Source of the DNA: Phoronis australis
Taxonomy: Eukaryota; Animalia; Phoronida
Length of the DNA: 63,566 bases
Assembly (NCBI GenBank): GCA_002633005.1
Contig: NMRA01000084.1
Span: 899,267-962,832, forward strand
Direction: 5' to 3'
Positions 53,701 to 63,566 of the stretch are shown one piece after another. The notes beneath the pieces were generated by a model. It saw only the letters and a list, made by a program, of their open reading frames with translations. It did no database searches and was not told the origin of the DNA. Numbering within the stretch: the first letter of the stretch is position 1; each line of letters begins with the position of its first letter. Both the position numbers and the translations under genes were made by a program.

Positions 53701-56700
53701 GGTATTGAGGAGCAAACTTGCCATTACCCGATGGAAACTCGCACGGAGGGAGTCGCTTCATGGAAAACTAATTGTTGAGAAACAGCATAAGTACCACATT
53801 TTTGTTGTGAAATTTGCACTGAATTGTTCATTTTGTTAAGGCATCATTTCACGGATTTTTTTCAACATGTTTTTCAAACGTCGAGTTAAGTTGCAAAATT
53901 TGGGCTGCAAACAAAAAGCGGAGGGAATTTGCACTCGGAGTTGGTTTGAATCTTTAATGACTTTGATAACAGCCTGTAGCAGGTCAAACCTAGCAAAATC
54001 ACGGATACTTTTTCAACGGGCATTTTCTCCCTTTTCATATCGCAAACTTAACTACTTGAATGCATGTGTCAGTTAGAGAGCACTAATTCAACTTTAACGT
54101 CGGCAACTTGCCTTGCGCTCTTAGAGCCTCTCAATGGCGGTCGTGAAGAACAGTTACGCCGTACCTGCATGAACGAAGTCAATTATGGGATCTGAAATTT
54201 GTATTGAACACTGCAGGTAAGAGCATTTTATCTAAACATTTTCTCGATTATCTAAAAATTCAATTTTGGCGCGAAACATGGCGGGAAAATTTTGCGACCT
54301 GGCATTGATTAATGCGAGCTGGATTTTGAAAATGCGACCTGGGATTTTGGCTACGTCGCATAATGCGACCTAGCGATTTTAATAGCATTGAGCCCTGGAT
54401 TTATTTGTGCAAACAATGTTTACTGATGATGAAACATGTTTTCCTGTATTTCTTCGATGGTAGTTCATTGGGCATTCCTTTTGACAGTGATGTGACTGAT
54501 GATAGTTAAGAGCTTATGTCTAAGGATTAAGTACAGTTGGTATGTTTTATTTGTATACTCACACCTTGTGAAGCATACACAGGTGTGAACCTGGTTTTTT
54601 ATATTGATGCTCAGTGATTAAGTACTTGAGTTACCAGTTATAAACTTTCTTGTTCCTAAGCAAGATTTAAGTCCAACATGGATTGACAATATCAATCTCC
54701 GTAGCCCACATTACTTTTTTGTTCAACAGGCCAAATCTTAAAAACTAAATTATGATACTACATAAAAATTTATGATATTCCATACACCATGTTGATTCCA
54801 ATAAAAGAAGTCTCAAAGCTGAAATTAAAACTTCATAAAAATGCCATTTCTGAAACAAACGTGAAAAAATGCTGTATTGTCTTGCACTAACTGGTATGCT
54901 TGAGTAATATATCTGTTATATGTTTATCAAAACATTACAAAACAGTACACTAACATAAACACATTTCAACAGTCTATTGTCCAGTAACTGTTTATTTAGT
55001 CAGTCACAAAGTCTTGCAAATATCCCTGTAGATGGTCTGACAGTAGGATCTTGTTGTTGAGATTTTGCCTCTGTTGATTTAGTATCGATAGGAGTGTTTT
55101 CCAGAAATTCACTTTCGTCATTCTCGCCCACAACTGGTGTAAATTTCGAATTAGAATGTTTAAATGCACTGGAATTCCTCAGTGGCAGATCTAGGATATC
55201 ACAAGGGGGGGCCCAACATTTTGTCTCTAAACATTTGCGCAAAGCACAAGTGTTGATGCGCATAGCACCGAATGGGGGAGGTCGGGAGAGGGGGTGTGCC
55301 CCCCTTCTGCCAGGAAAATTTTTCCGTTTTTTCCTCAAAAAATCAAGCATCTTCCTTGATTCCTGAAGTATTATCAAGGAAAAAAATACAACAAAAAATA
55401 CAAAAAAATCGAAGAACATGTTAAACTTGAAAACTGCAATTATACGATCTGAATAGGATTTCATTTAACTCTCACAAATATATAGTATTCGTTGGTTCAA
55501 ACGTTTTCTTTTACTTATGCCGAGTTGTTCAACTGTGCATCGCTTTTCGGCAGCCATTTTATAATGACTCCTATGGTCGTCATATGCTGCCGCCTTTTGA
55601 AAGAACAGAAAACCACACAGAAAAAGGTCAAGAAAATAGTGCAAAGTGGTTTACAGCAATTCTACTTCAACCACAAACTGTTTTACTAGTATGATATTGA
55701 TTTTTGAATTAATTAAAATTGATTTAGAATTTCAGTTCTGGAAAATAAATTCCCATTGCTTTATTCCAGATAGACCTTACTTATTTTCTGTTTGTCTTCT
55801 TTATTTGACTTTTTGCTCTTGTTGCTCTTAACACCACTTATCTCTGCTGTCTTTCTTTTTCTTTTCAGTTTTTGTTCATTCTCTGTTAACACCTTGTCAG
55901 CCAAAAAAGAACTGTAACCCTTTGAGACTTTGTCGGTGCAAGTTGATCATTGAACCTCGATACAATTGTTCTAATAAATTACCCAATATTGTATTGTTTG
56001 ATTTTTCTCGCCTGTAACAGGCTTCTGCAATCATAAATGAATAAATAAATACCCAAGTTGCATTTGCATTTTATTGCTCAATCTCTTCTTTTAGTTTTGA
56101 TTATGTGATGCTGTGTTGTATGTAACAATGCAATATAGTGAAATAAAAGTCAATGTTATTGGTGGCCATTCTCTATCAATTCAAGTATTTTAATTTTCTT
56201 CAAATAAATTCAAAATGCTTTAACCAAAAATTTCAACATAAATGTTGAGCTCAGTACTTTGTTTTGCAATAAAAAATAAGTGGACAATATTTTGATGACC
56301 AAGGCGTGGGCCGAAACTGTTAAGCACCCAGCGTGTTCCATTTGTCTGCTGTGTTTTTCCTTTGGCCTAACGGGTGTCAGTTAATGCCTGGGACAAATAG
56401 ATACATTGCATAAACAATCTCTGAGTTGTTTTTTGTTTCGTCTGAAGAAAATTTAATTTCGAAAATAACTTCTGAAAATGAACAAAAAAGTGCTTTAGTA
56501 AAATCTACAAGTTTTTAAGTGGTCTCAAAAAAACAGTCGGTAAATGCATTAATTTTAGTCTCAGTTCTTCCATACGTGTTTCTCCCGAGAGTTTAGTACC
56601 TAACGTGCAGACGAGCACTCCAAATTGGAACGCTAAGTCCCGCGTGGCTGCGCTGCACGTGAAAGAAGATGGCGGACGACCTTTGGAGCCTAACGACGAT

Positions 56701-59700
56701 AGGTATCCGGACTATACCACAGACCTGAAATCCCGACCTGTTGCAAAATACAGTTTACACATTCTTCCGCAATCTTGCTTTCGCGCCAAGTTTGTTCGTT
56801 ACCAGAAATTGGATATTGTGACATACAATCAGCTCGGTTAGATTCACCCGGTTTGTATTTTTAAAATCGTGAGCTAATATGGTTGTAGCCGTAGTCCCCA
56901 ACGTTCGCTTCTGAGCCGTGGTCGTTCCTTTTTCCAAATCGTTTCCAGAGGTTTATGATCCGTAATGACCTCAGAGTGATGAGTGCCTCGCAAATACATA
57001 TCAAAATGTTCGCATGCCCATACAATCGCTAGTGCTTCCCATTCTGTTTGACTATTATGGGTTTTCGTTTCGGTGAGCGATCTGCTCGTATAAGTAACAA
57101 TTTTGTTGTTTTGGCTTAATATAGCGGAAAATCACCACTGGATTTCCATCAACAATTATTTCAATGTTCTTGGTCGGTTTAAAATACGCCATGACGGGGC
57201 TAGCTGTCAATCAGTTTCTGTTTCAGTGTCTCAAACGTGGTTTCATGTTCATTTGCCCATTGCCAAGCAGCATCCTTCTTGGTCAGCCTAGGCAGTGGTT
57301 CACTGATCGTAGCGTAGTTATCAATAAATCTCGCACAATATATTGTCATGCCGAGAAAACTAAGCACCTCAGCCATGCTCATGGGTGCCTTGGTGTCAAC
57401 AATTGCTTTCACCTTTTTGGGATCAGGTGAAATGCCATCCTTGGTAAATACCAAACCAAAGAATTACATGCTAGATTTGTTGTACTCACATTTCTTGTGA
57501 TTAAGTGTCAGCCTGTTGTCATGTAACGAGCAGAATACTTCTTCCAAATTCCTATCCTGTTCTGCTTGTGTTTTCCCGTACACAATAATATCGTCCGCAA
57601 CGTCCTATATCCTTTCGCGTGTTTGATCACATTTTTTATAGCCTACTGAAAAATTTCATTCACAGAGCAACATCCAAAATTCAAACGTTTTTATCTGTTC
57701 AGTCCTTTATAGGTACTGAATGTGGTAATGTACCGTGAGCTTTTGTCGAGTTCCAGTTGATGGTATCCAGATCTCAAATCTAATTTGCTGAATATTTGAG
57801 ATCCATTCAAATCTGAGATCAGTTCGTTGATTGTTGGCATTTCGTGTCCTGTTTACTAATCGCTGTGGCTTGTGAGGCGATTTCTTAACAAAATTCACGC
57901 TCGCATCATGCTCCATGCCTGATTATCTGCCATTTCTATTGCGCGGCCCAACGCATGAATATCGGCCAGCGGTTTGTCAGCCTCTCCTAATGCCCTGCAT
58001 CTCGGTCGATGAGATTCAGTTTTGAATTACCTGTGACAAAATTTCTTTGTCCTTGTCTACAAATTCATAGTTCGCTGCAAATCGCCTCAGTTCTGTTACA
58101 AATTCATGTAAGGTCTGTCTGTGTTTCTATGTACACAACCGGAACTGGTAAATATCCATTTGAATGTTTGTTTTCGGTTCAAAATAATTCAGAAGCACTG
58201 TTTTAGTCATTTTAGGCAACGTATCTCCCTAGTTCGCCTCGTCTTACCCTTTATCGCCGACATAGTGCAGTAATGGCGCCCGTCTCCTCAACATTTTCCT
58301 CAACATCAAGGAGTCCCATTTCGATAAATAAGTTCTCCAATTTTCTGAGCCATCGTCGAAATTTTGGTCCAGCATTTGTGTTGTCCTCACAATCAAAAGG
58401 AGCAAAATTAATGTTGGTAAACTTACAGCTTGCTGCATACTGAAGCTGATTTTTACAAGTCTTTTACACTCGTCACCAGTATAACAGCGTCTCATAACGG
58501 TGTGCGTATCTTATATGAAGGGAGCATATAAAACGCACCTGTTGGGGCATAGAATACTTTGTTGGAACTAACTTAAAGGTGAAGGCAACCTCTTTTCATG
58601 TCATTTTTAGCAAGCATAAGGTTTGTTGATTATCCCAGACATATTTTTCACTTATTTACTGCTTTTCGTAATTTAATTAATTACTTGTCGTCTACTCCGG
58701 AAGTGATGTTTTGGGAGGCAAGAATTTCACGCCAATTTCTTTTCATTATAGTCTGACTGTGAGAGCTGTCGAGTCAGTCATTGTTCTACCTCGGTTATGA
58801 AAAGTTCAGTCATCGTTTGCTTTTGCTTATGAGTCAGTCAACACACCACGCTGTTGCTGCGTACTGGGGTGTACTCGTTATCATCTCGCGTACAGAGGAA
58901 GAACTGTCCCACTTGCCCAAGTGTCCCGCGACACACTCCCACTGGAGGGTGATCTGTGCACCCAAACTGCTTCCATCCCCGCTGTGTGACTCCCGCGCCA
59001 CACACCTAGCACCTTCCAAATAGCTCCAATACAAATCCACAATAAACTTTTCAAACTTATGCTCACCGATCTGTTCATTGGATGACGAACTGCCGTCTTC
59101 ACTGGGTGTCGAACTGGGCCTGTATTCACTCCCACTAATCAACATCGCTGCAGGGCTGCTAACGTCATCAAATTACCAGAATGTGTTCACATTTTTCAAG
59201 AATTAGGCCAGAGCTTGATAAAATTTGTCGACTTCNAGACATATTTTTCACTTATTTACTGCTTTTCGTAATTTAATTAATTACTTGTCGTCTACTCTGG
59301 AAGTGATGTTTTGGGAGGCAAGAATTTCACGCCAATTTCTTTTCATTATAGTCTGACTGTGAGAGCTGTCGAGTCAGTCATTGTTCTACCTCGGTTATGA
59401 AAAGTTCAGTCATCGTTTGCTTTTGCTTACGAGTCAGTCAACACACCACGCTGTTGCTGCGTACTGGGGTGTACTCATTATCATCTCGCGTACAGAGGAA
59501 GAACTGTCCCACTTGCCCAAGTGTCCCGCGACACACTCCCACTGGAGGGTGATCTGTGCACCCAAACTGCTTCCATCCCTGCTGTGTGACTCCCGCGCCA
59601 CACACCTAGCACCTTCCAAATAGCTCCAATACAAATCCACAATAAACTTTTCAAACTTATGCTCACCGATCTGTTCATTGGATGACGAACTGCCGTCTTC

Positions 59701-62700
59701 ACTGGGTGTCGAACTGGGCCTGTATTCACTCCCACTAATCAACATCGCTGCAGGGCAAATTACCAGAATGTGTTCTCATTTTTTCAAGAATTAGGCCAGA
59801 GCTTGATAAAATTTGTCGACTTCAGAGTTTGTCTGGCACGGCAGACCACGCACTGTAAATATTACGGAGTACAGTATTGTTGTACGAGAAATAAACAACC
59901 AGGAGGTGGAATTGTTCGATAGAACTTGGAAGGGCCCATTCATAACTCGTGCATGGACAACACGCTTGATCATCTACTAGCCGTCCAGTTGGCTACAATG
60001 CAGATGAAATCTTACATCAAAATACAGCTATCTAACTAGGAGTCGATAAGTTTTACATAGATCTTGGAATTTCACACCACCTGGGCACTTCAGCTCGTCA
60101 CCTCCTTATGAAACTTTACGAATCAGCAACCATAACAAAACATTTGAATAACGACAACAGTACTGAAGAATAGATGAAATCCTCCAAATTTTGGCTTAGA
60201 TAATGTAATTTCTATGTAATGTGAGCCGGAGGCCTGTTGCAAGAAATAGACCCTGTGAGTCATCTTTTCATCACATGAAATCAGTGTACTTTTGAATTGG
60301 CGTACTAATAAAAAACAATTGCATGCGGTCTGGTACGTGTTACATACCAGATGTACACAGGCTGCTCAGGTGTTGCACTGATCAACTGGAACCATTTTTA
60401 TGCTGTTAATAAAATTATATAGTTAAAATCAAGCTGAGGATCTTGAGACCTAGTGACTCCAGGGTCTAGCAGTGTGCCCCAGTGGGACTCAAATTCAAGA
60501 CCTTGAATAAACTGAAGGAAGTGGTTTGCCTGCTCATACTAGTAAGGCACCCTCAAACTTGACTGAAGGGTGGAATTGTGGCCCATGATACTCTAAGTTA
60601 TGCTTTTACATGACGTGTAGCGTAATCACATTTTGAGTGGCTATTTGATTTAATGAAAAATTGAGCTTTGGTGACGTAATGGGTTCAGGTTTTATTGACA
60701 TCAAACTTACCTGCAGCCATCATGTTGAAATTTACCGTTTTTACCACAGCTAGATTTTTTTGTTTTGAAAATGGTTATAGAACTAGAGCCAGTTTTAATC
60801 ATGACATGGTGTTTTTGTTGTTTTCAGGACACTGTCGTTGGCTTCCTGCTTGGTGGTGTTGGCGAGTTGAACAAGAACAGGAACAGGAATTTCTTGATTG
60901 TTGACAAGTGTAAGATTTTAGGAGCAACTTGTTTACTAAGCAGTTTTAATAGTAGTCTTATTGTCGCTTGCGGTTGTATGAAGTGTTAGTGGACTGTGTC
61001 AGACTTGACTAGATCAGTAGCGTTCATAAAGACTAACTTGAGTTACCGTAGCTTGAACATGAACCTGTACTTTCGCTCTTGTTTATGATAGTTTTTCTGA
61101 AAATCCTCAAGTTTGTAACATTTTGCTATAACTGAAATTCAACTCAAAGGACTCTTCTAAATTAAATGCGTTGTTTCACTCTTTAAGTTGTGTGCCACAT
61201 TTTGAGAATCAGTTTGATGCCCGTTATTCAGTAGAGAAAACCGCTGTGAATATTGAACTATCAAACACACAGCTTAATAATTTGCACTTTTGTTTTGTTC
61301 ACCATAATGATTATTGTTGACTATTCTTTACCTTTCAATTTCAGCAACAAGTGTAACTGAAATAGAAGAATCCTTCAAGACTTTTTGTAACAGAGAAGAT
61401 ATAGCCATTATATTAATTACACAGAATGTGAGTAACTCAATGTGTCTGAGACATCCACTCAGCTAGTGAAGTGTTAGTATCCTATATGTTTCTACATTTT
61501 GATGAACGGTATGGGATCATGACCAAACTGTGTCCATTTAAAGGAAAATCTAAACACAAATGGAATAATTTAGCACCATCAACATGATGTGAAATTCAAA
61601 ACAAAACTGCAATGATTTGTACTGGTTATTTTGTGTTATTAGCCAGACCCGCCCCCTATGAGTGTGCATGGGTTTTGCCAAATTTTTCGATTGATTGATG
61701 TTTTGTTTTGTGCTGTGGTTTCCAAAGAATAACTAACAAATATGTTACAGATCTCCACCAGTGTTTCCAAATATGAAGGACAGTACACAGAAACCAATTA
61801 ATTTCTCACAAAATTGGAATGTAATAGGTTATGTCCTATTTTTGAAGTCGTTTAGAAGTCATTGGCATGAGATCATTTTGGACCTCGTGTCCTTTGATCT
61901 AAATATTCAATTTTTGCATTGCTCTCCTTGGCAATGTCCAGGCAATAAAATGCTGATTTCTCTTAATCAACGGAGTGTAAATGACAAAAACAGCTCGAAT
62001 GATGCCAGTTTCTTTTGGCATGAAATCTTTCATGTTCGAGTCAATAGGCCCCAGCGGGTGGCCTTTGAATTGTCTCTGACAAGTAGAGTCAAGTATTTAT
62101 TTCCAATCATTGGTTTAAGTCGTGAGTTCAACAAGTTCTGGCGGAAGAGTGTCGCCAAACTAAGTCTAAAAAGAAGTGTGGAAACTGAATGCGCTTACAA
62201 GACTCGACACTTAGCATGTTGTCAACTCACCAAATAAGACCAGGCAAAATTGCCAGGTCACCAAATGGTAAATGAGCTTGACAGAACATGGAAAGTCTGT
62301 ATGTCGGGATACTAAAGTCCTGTCCTTGTTAGGTGAGGCATATTTGCAAACGTTTAAACAGGAAAATCGGGACATATGAATAGGGAAGGGACAACTGGAC
62401 CAATGTCCGTCAAAACACCTGAAAACGCCCAAGCAGCATTTTGTGTTTTAGTTGAACATGAAATTAGGTATATTTAGGTATATATCGTCTGCGCAGGCGA
62501 GACTCAAATTCTCTACAGTCCCAATATCCTACCCTTGTTCACCTGCCACCTGGGGCGGGGGAGCAGATGATCAGAACATGTCTCTAGCATACATCATGGG
62601 AGGGTTCTTTCAGTTTTTACCGAATAATTACGAGTACCTTCTTTTACTTCCTGTAGTATATTTGCACAACTGGCTACTTGGGATTTTTATCAGGTCGTCA

Positions 62701-63083
62701 AAGAAAGTGTGAGGCTGCATTGGCAAGCTGCAGGTTGCCAAATCATGCACTGTCTTGTGTGTTTTATCTGGCCATGGGATAGTTAAATTTTGTTTTAAAT
62801 ACAATATTTAGGAAGTTACATACTTGGGGAATAATCTATGGTTTTCTGAAATTATGTGAGGTGTGCTGTATTAGCTTAACATGCTGTTAGTGAATAATAA
62901 CTAAAGGTTGGAAGACATTATCATGGTCAGTCAACCTTGTCCTTTGTGTCTCTATTTCAGGTCGCTGAGATGATTCGCTATGTGCTAGATTCCTACACAC
63001 AACCCATTCCAGCTGTTCTAGAGATACCTAGTAAAGACTGTCCGTATGATTCATCTAAAGATTCCATTCTTCGTAGGGCAAAG
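50798..63083 (+). CDS. ATP6V1F: V-type proton ATPase subunit F (3' partial; last exon outside window)
   Basis: Exons 50798-50848 ([17 protein letters not shown]), 60828-60909 ([27 protein letters not shown]), 61345-61427 ([28 protein letters not shown]) and 62961-63083 ([41 protein letters not shown]). GT-AG, phases 0/1/0. Confidence 0.95.
50967..51519 (-). mobile_element. TRIM (non-autonomous miniature LTR retrotransposon) with tRNA-derived LTRs, Helenus-like
   Basis: 152-bp LTRs at 50967-51118 and 51368-51519 (TG..CA, 7 mismatches). TSD TTCG at 50963-50966 and 51520-51523. Minus-strand PBS TGGCGTAGTCTGCA and PPT AGGAAAGAGGGGAA. A box TAGCTGAATGG and B box GGTTCGATCCC inside the LTR. Confidence 0.88.
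51800..51904 (-). mobile_element. LTR copy related to the Gypsy LTR at 58480-58576
   Basis: TGTAAC..CTACA, 105 bp, nearly identical to 58480-58576 (CGGTGTGCGT.TCTTATATGAAGGGAGCATATAAA..GGAACTAACTTAA). Confidence 0.7.
52496..54397. mobile_element. Non-autonomous DNA transposon (hAT-like, CAG..CTG termini, 5-bp TSD GATTT)
   Basis: Left end GATTT|CAG, right end GAGCCCTG|GATTT. Subterminal TGCGACCTG/TGCGAGCTG repeats at both ends. It interrupts the second copy of a local ~330-bp duplication (52055-52385, resuming after 54398). Confidence 0.6.
56580..58576 (-). mobile_element. Decayed Gypsy/Ty3-type LTR retrotransposon (5' LTR, PBS, gag and RT/RNaseH remnants)
   Basis: RT thumb/linker [45 protein letters not shown], RNaseH-like [24 protein letters not shown], gag-like ..LLHYVGD. 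Contains stops and frameshifts. PBS TGGTGACGAG next to the LTR at 58480-58576. Confidence 0.85.
58577..59823. mobile_element. Kolobok-like element of the same family inserted at TTAA within the Gypsy LTR (right end not resolved; partly duplicated across a gap)
   Basis: TTAA|AGGTGAAGGCAACC is homologous to the 28785 terminus. Minus-strand peptide [29 protein letters not shown]. Confidence 0.65.
60325..60530 (-). mobile_element. tRNA-SINE, same family, reverse orientation
   Basis: Reverse-complement similarity (TTGCACTGATCA.CTGGAA..AGCTGAGGA..AGCAGTGTG.CC.AGTGGGACTC). Confidence 0.65.
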
Positions 63084-63566
63084 GTTTGTTACTCCTGTTA
63101 CATCTGCCTTGTCTAATGACAAATCTTTCTTTCCAGCATAATTTAGAAGCAACAACAATTGATGTAAAGCTACATTACGCCTTGTGTAGCTGGCTAAAAA
63201 ACGAAAATCGAATCCAGCAATTTACTTAAAATCAGTCTCAACATTCCTTACTACGATAGGTTTCCGTTTCTGTTACCAACGCTAGTCACAATTTGCAATA
63301 GGGTTGGCCAACCCATACATGTGCAATTTTGCAATTTTAGTGTTGGCCCACCTGTACATGCATTGCTTTTGAATTCGCAACTTTAGGTTACTTTTTTGTA
63401 ATGCATACACGAGACAGATGTGAATATAGCAAATGATTTGTCCCTTGTGTGGAAAATACACACATTACCATTTGCCCATTTCATCACAACCTTTGTATAC
63501 TATTCCACGGTCAGATTCAGGGTCCTAAGTACTCCCCCCTCCCTGTAGTTGCAACTGCCCCACCTG

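Noticed and set aside
54415-54450. Hammerhead ribozyme core (CTGATGA-T-GAAAC); weaker look-alikes at ~56292 and ~43963
   Set aside because: Stem II is absent or unpaired and stem I cannot be formed.
3142-63083. Functional clustering of engulfment (GULP1) and lysosomal acidification (ATP6V1F) genes
   Set aside because: They are separated by unrelated genes, and the sequence gives no evidence of shared regulation or conserved synteny.

Overview
AT-rich, intron-containing animal genomic DNA. The TE types suggest a marine invertebrate, but this is inference. The ORF track is mostly noise; the genes were rebuilt by hand from GT-AG splice sites with consistent phases. Five protein-coding genes, left to right: (1) GULP1/CED-6 engulfment adaptor, + strand, 11 coding exons, start not located; (2) an uncharacterised gene ending in two C2H2 zinc fingers, - strand, 4 coding exons, about 353 aa; (3) POLDIP3/SKAR, + strand, intronless CDS; (4) a TMUB1/2-like gene, - strand, 3 coding exons; (5) ATP6V1F, + strand, 4 exons, last exon beyond the window. 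Genes 2/3 and 4/5 are head-to-head pairs, and the second pair has a CLEAR-like TCACGTGAC between them. The ~10 kb first intron of ATP6V1F is a nest of TEs. The most striking is a complete 553-bp miniature LTR retrotransposon (TRIM) whose 152-bp LTRs each carry a tRNA-derived Pol III A/B-box cassette, with a tRNA-Ser PBS, a PPT and a 4-bp TSD. Also present: a decayed Gypsy element, TTAA-targeting Kolobok-like MITEs, CAG..CTG elements with 5-bp TSDs, a tRNA-SINE family, minisatellites and a perfect 79-bp palindrome. Four tandem duplications are centred on single-N gaps and are probably assembly (haplotype-overlap) artefacts.
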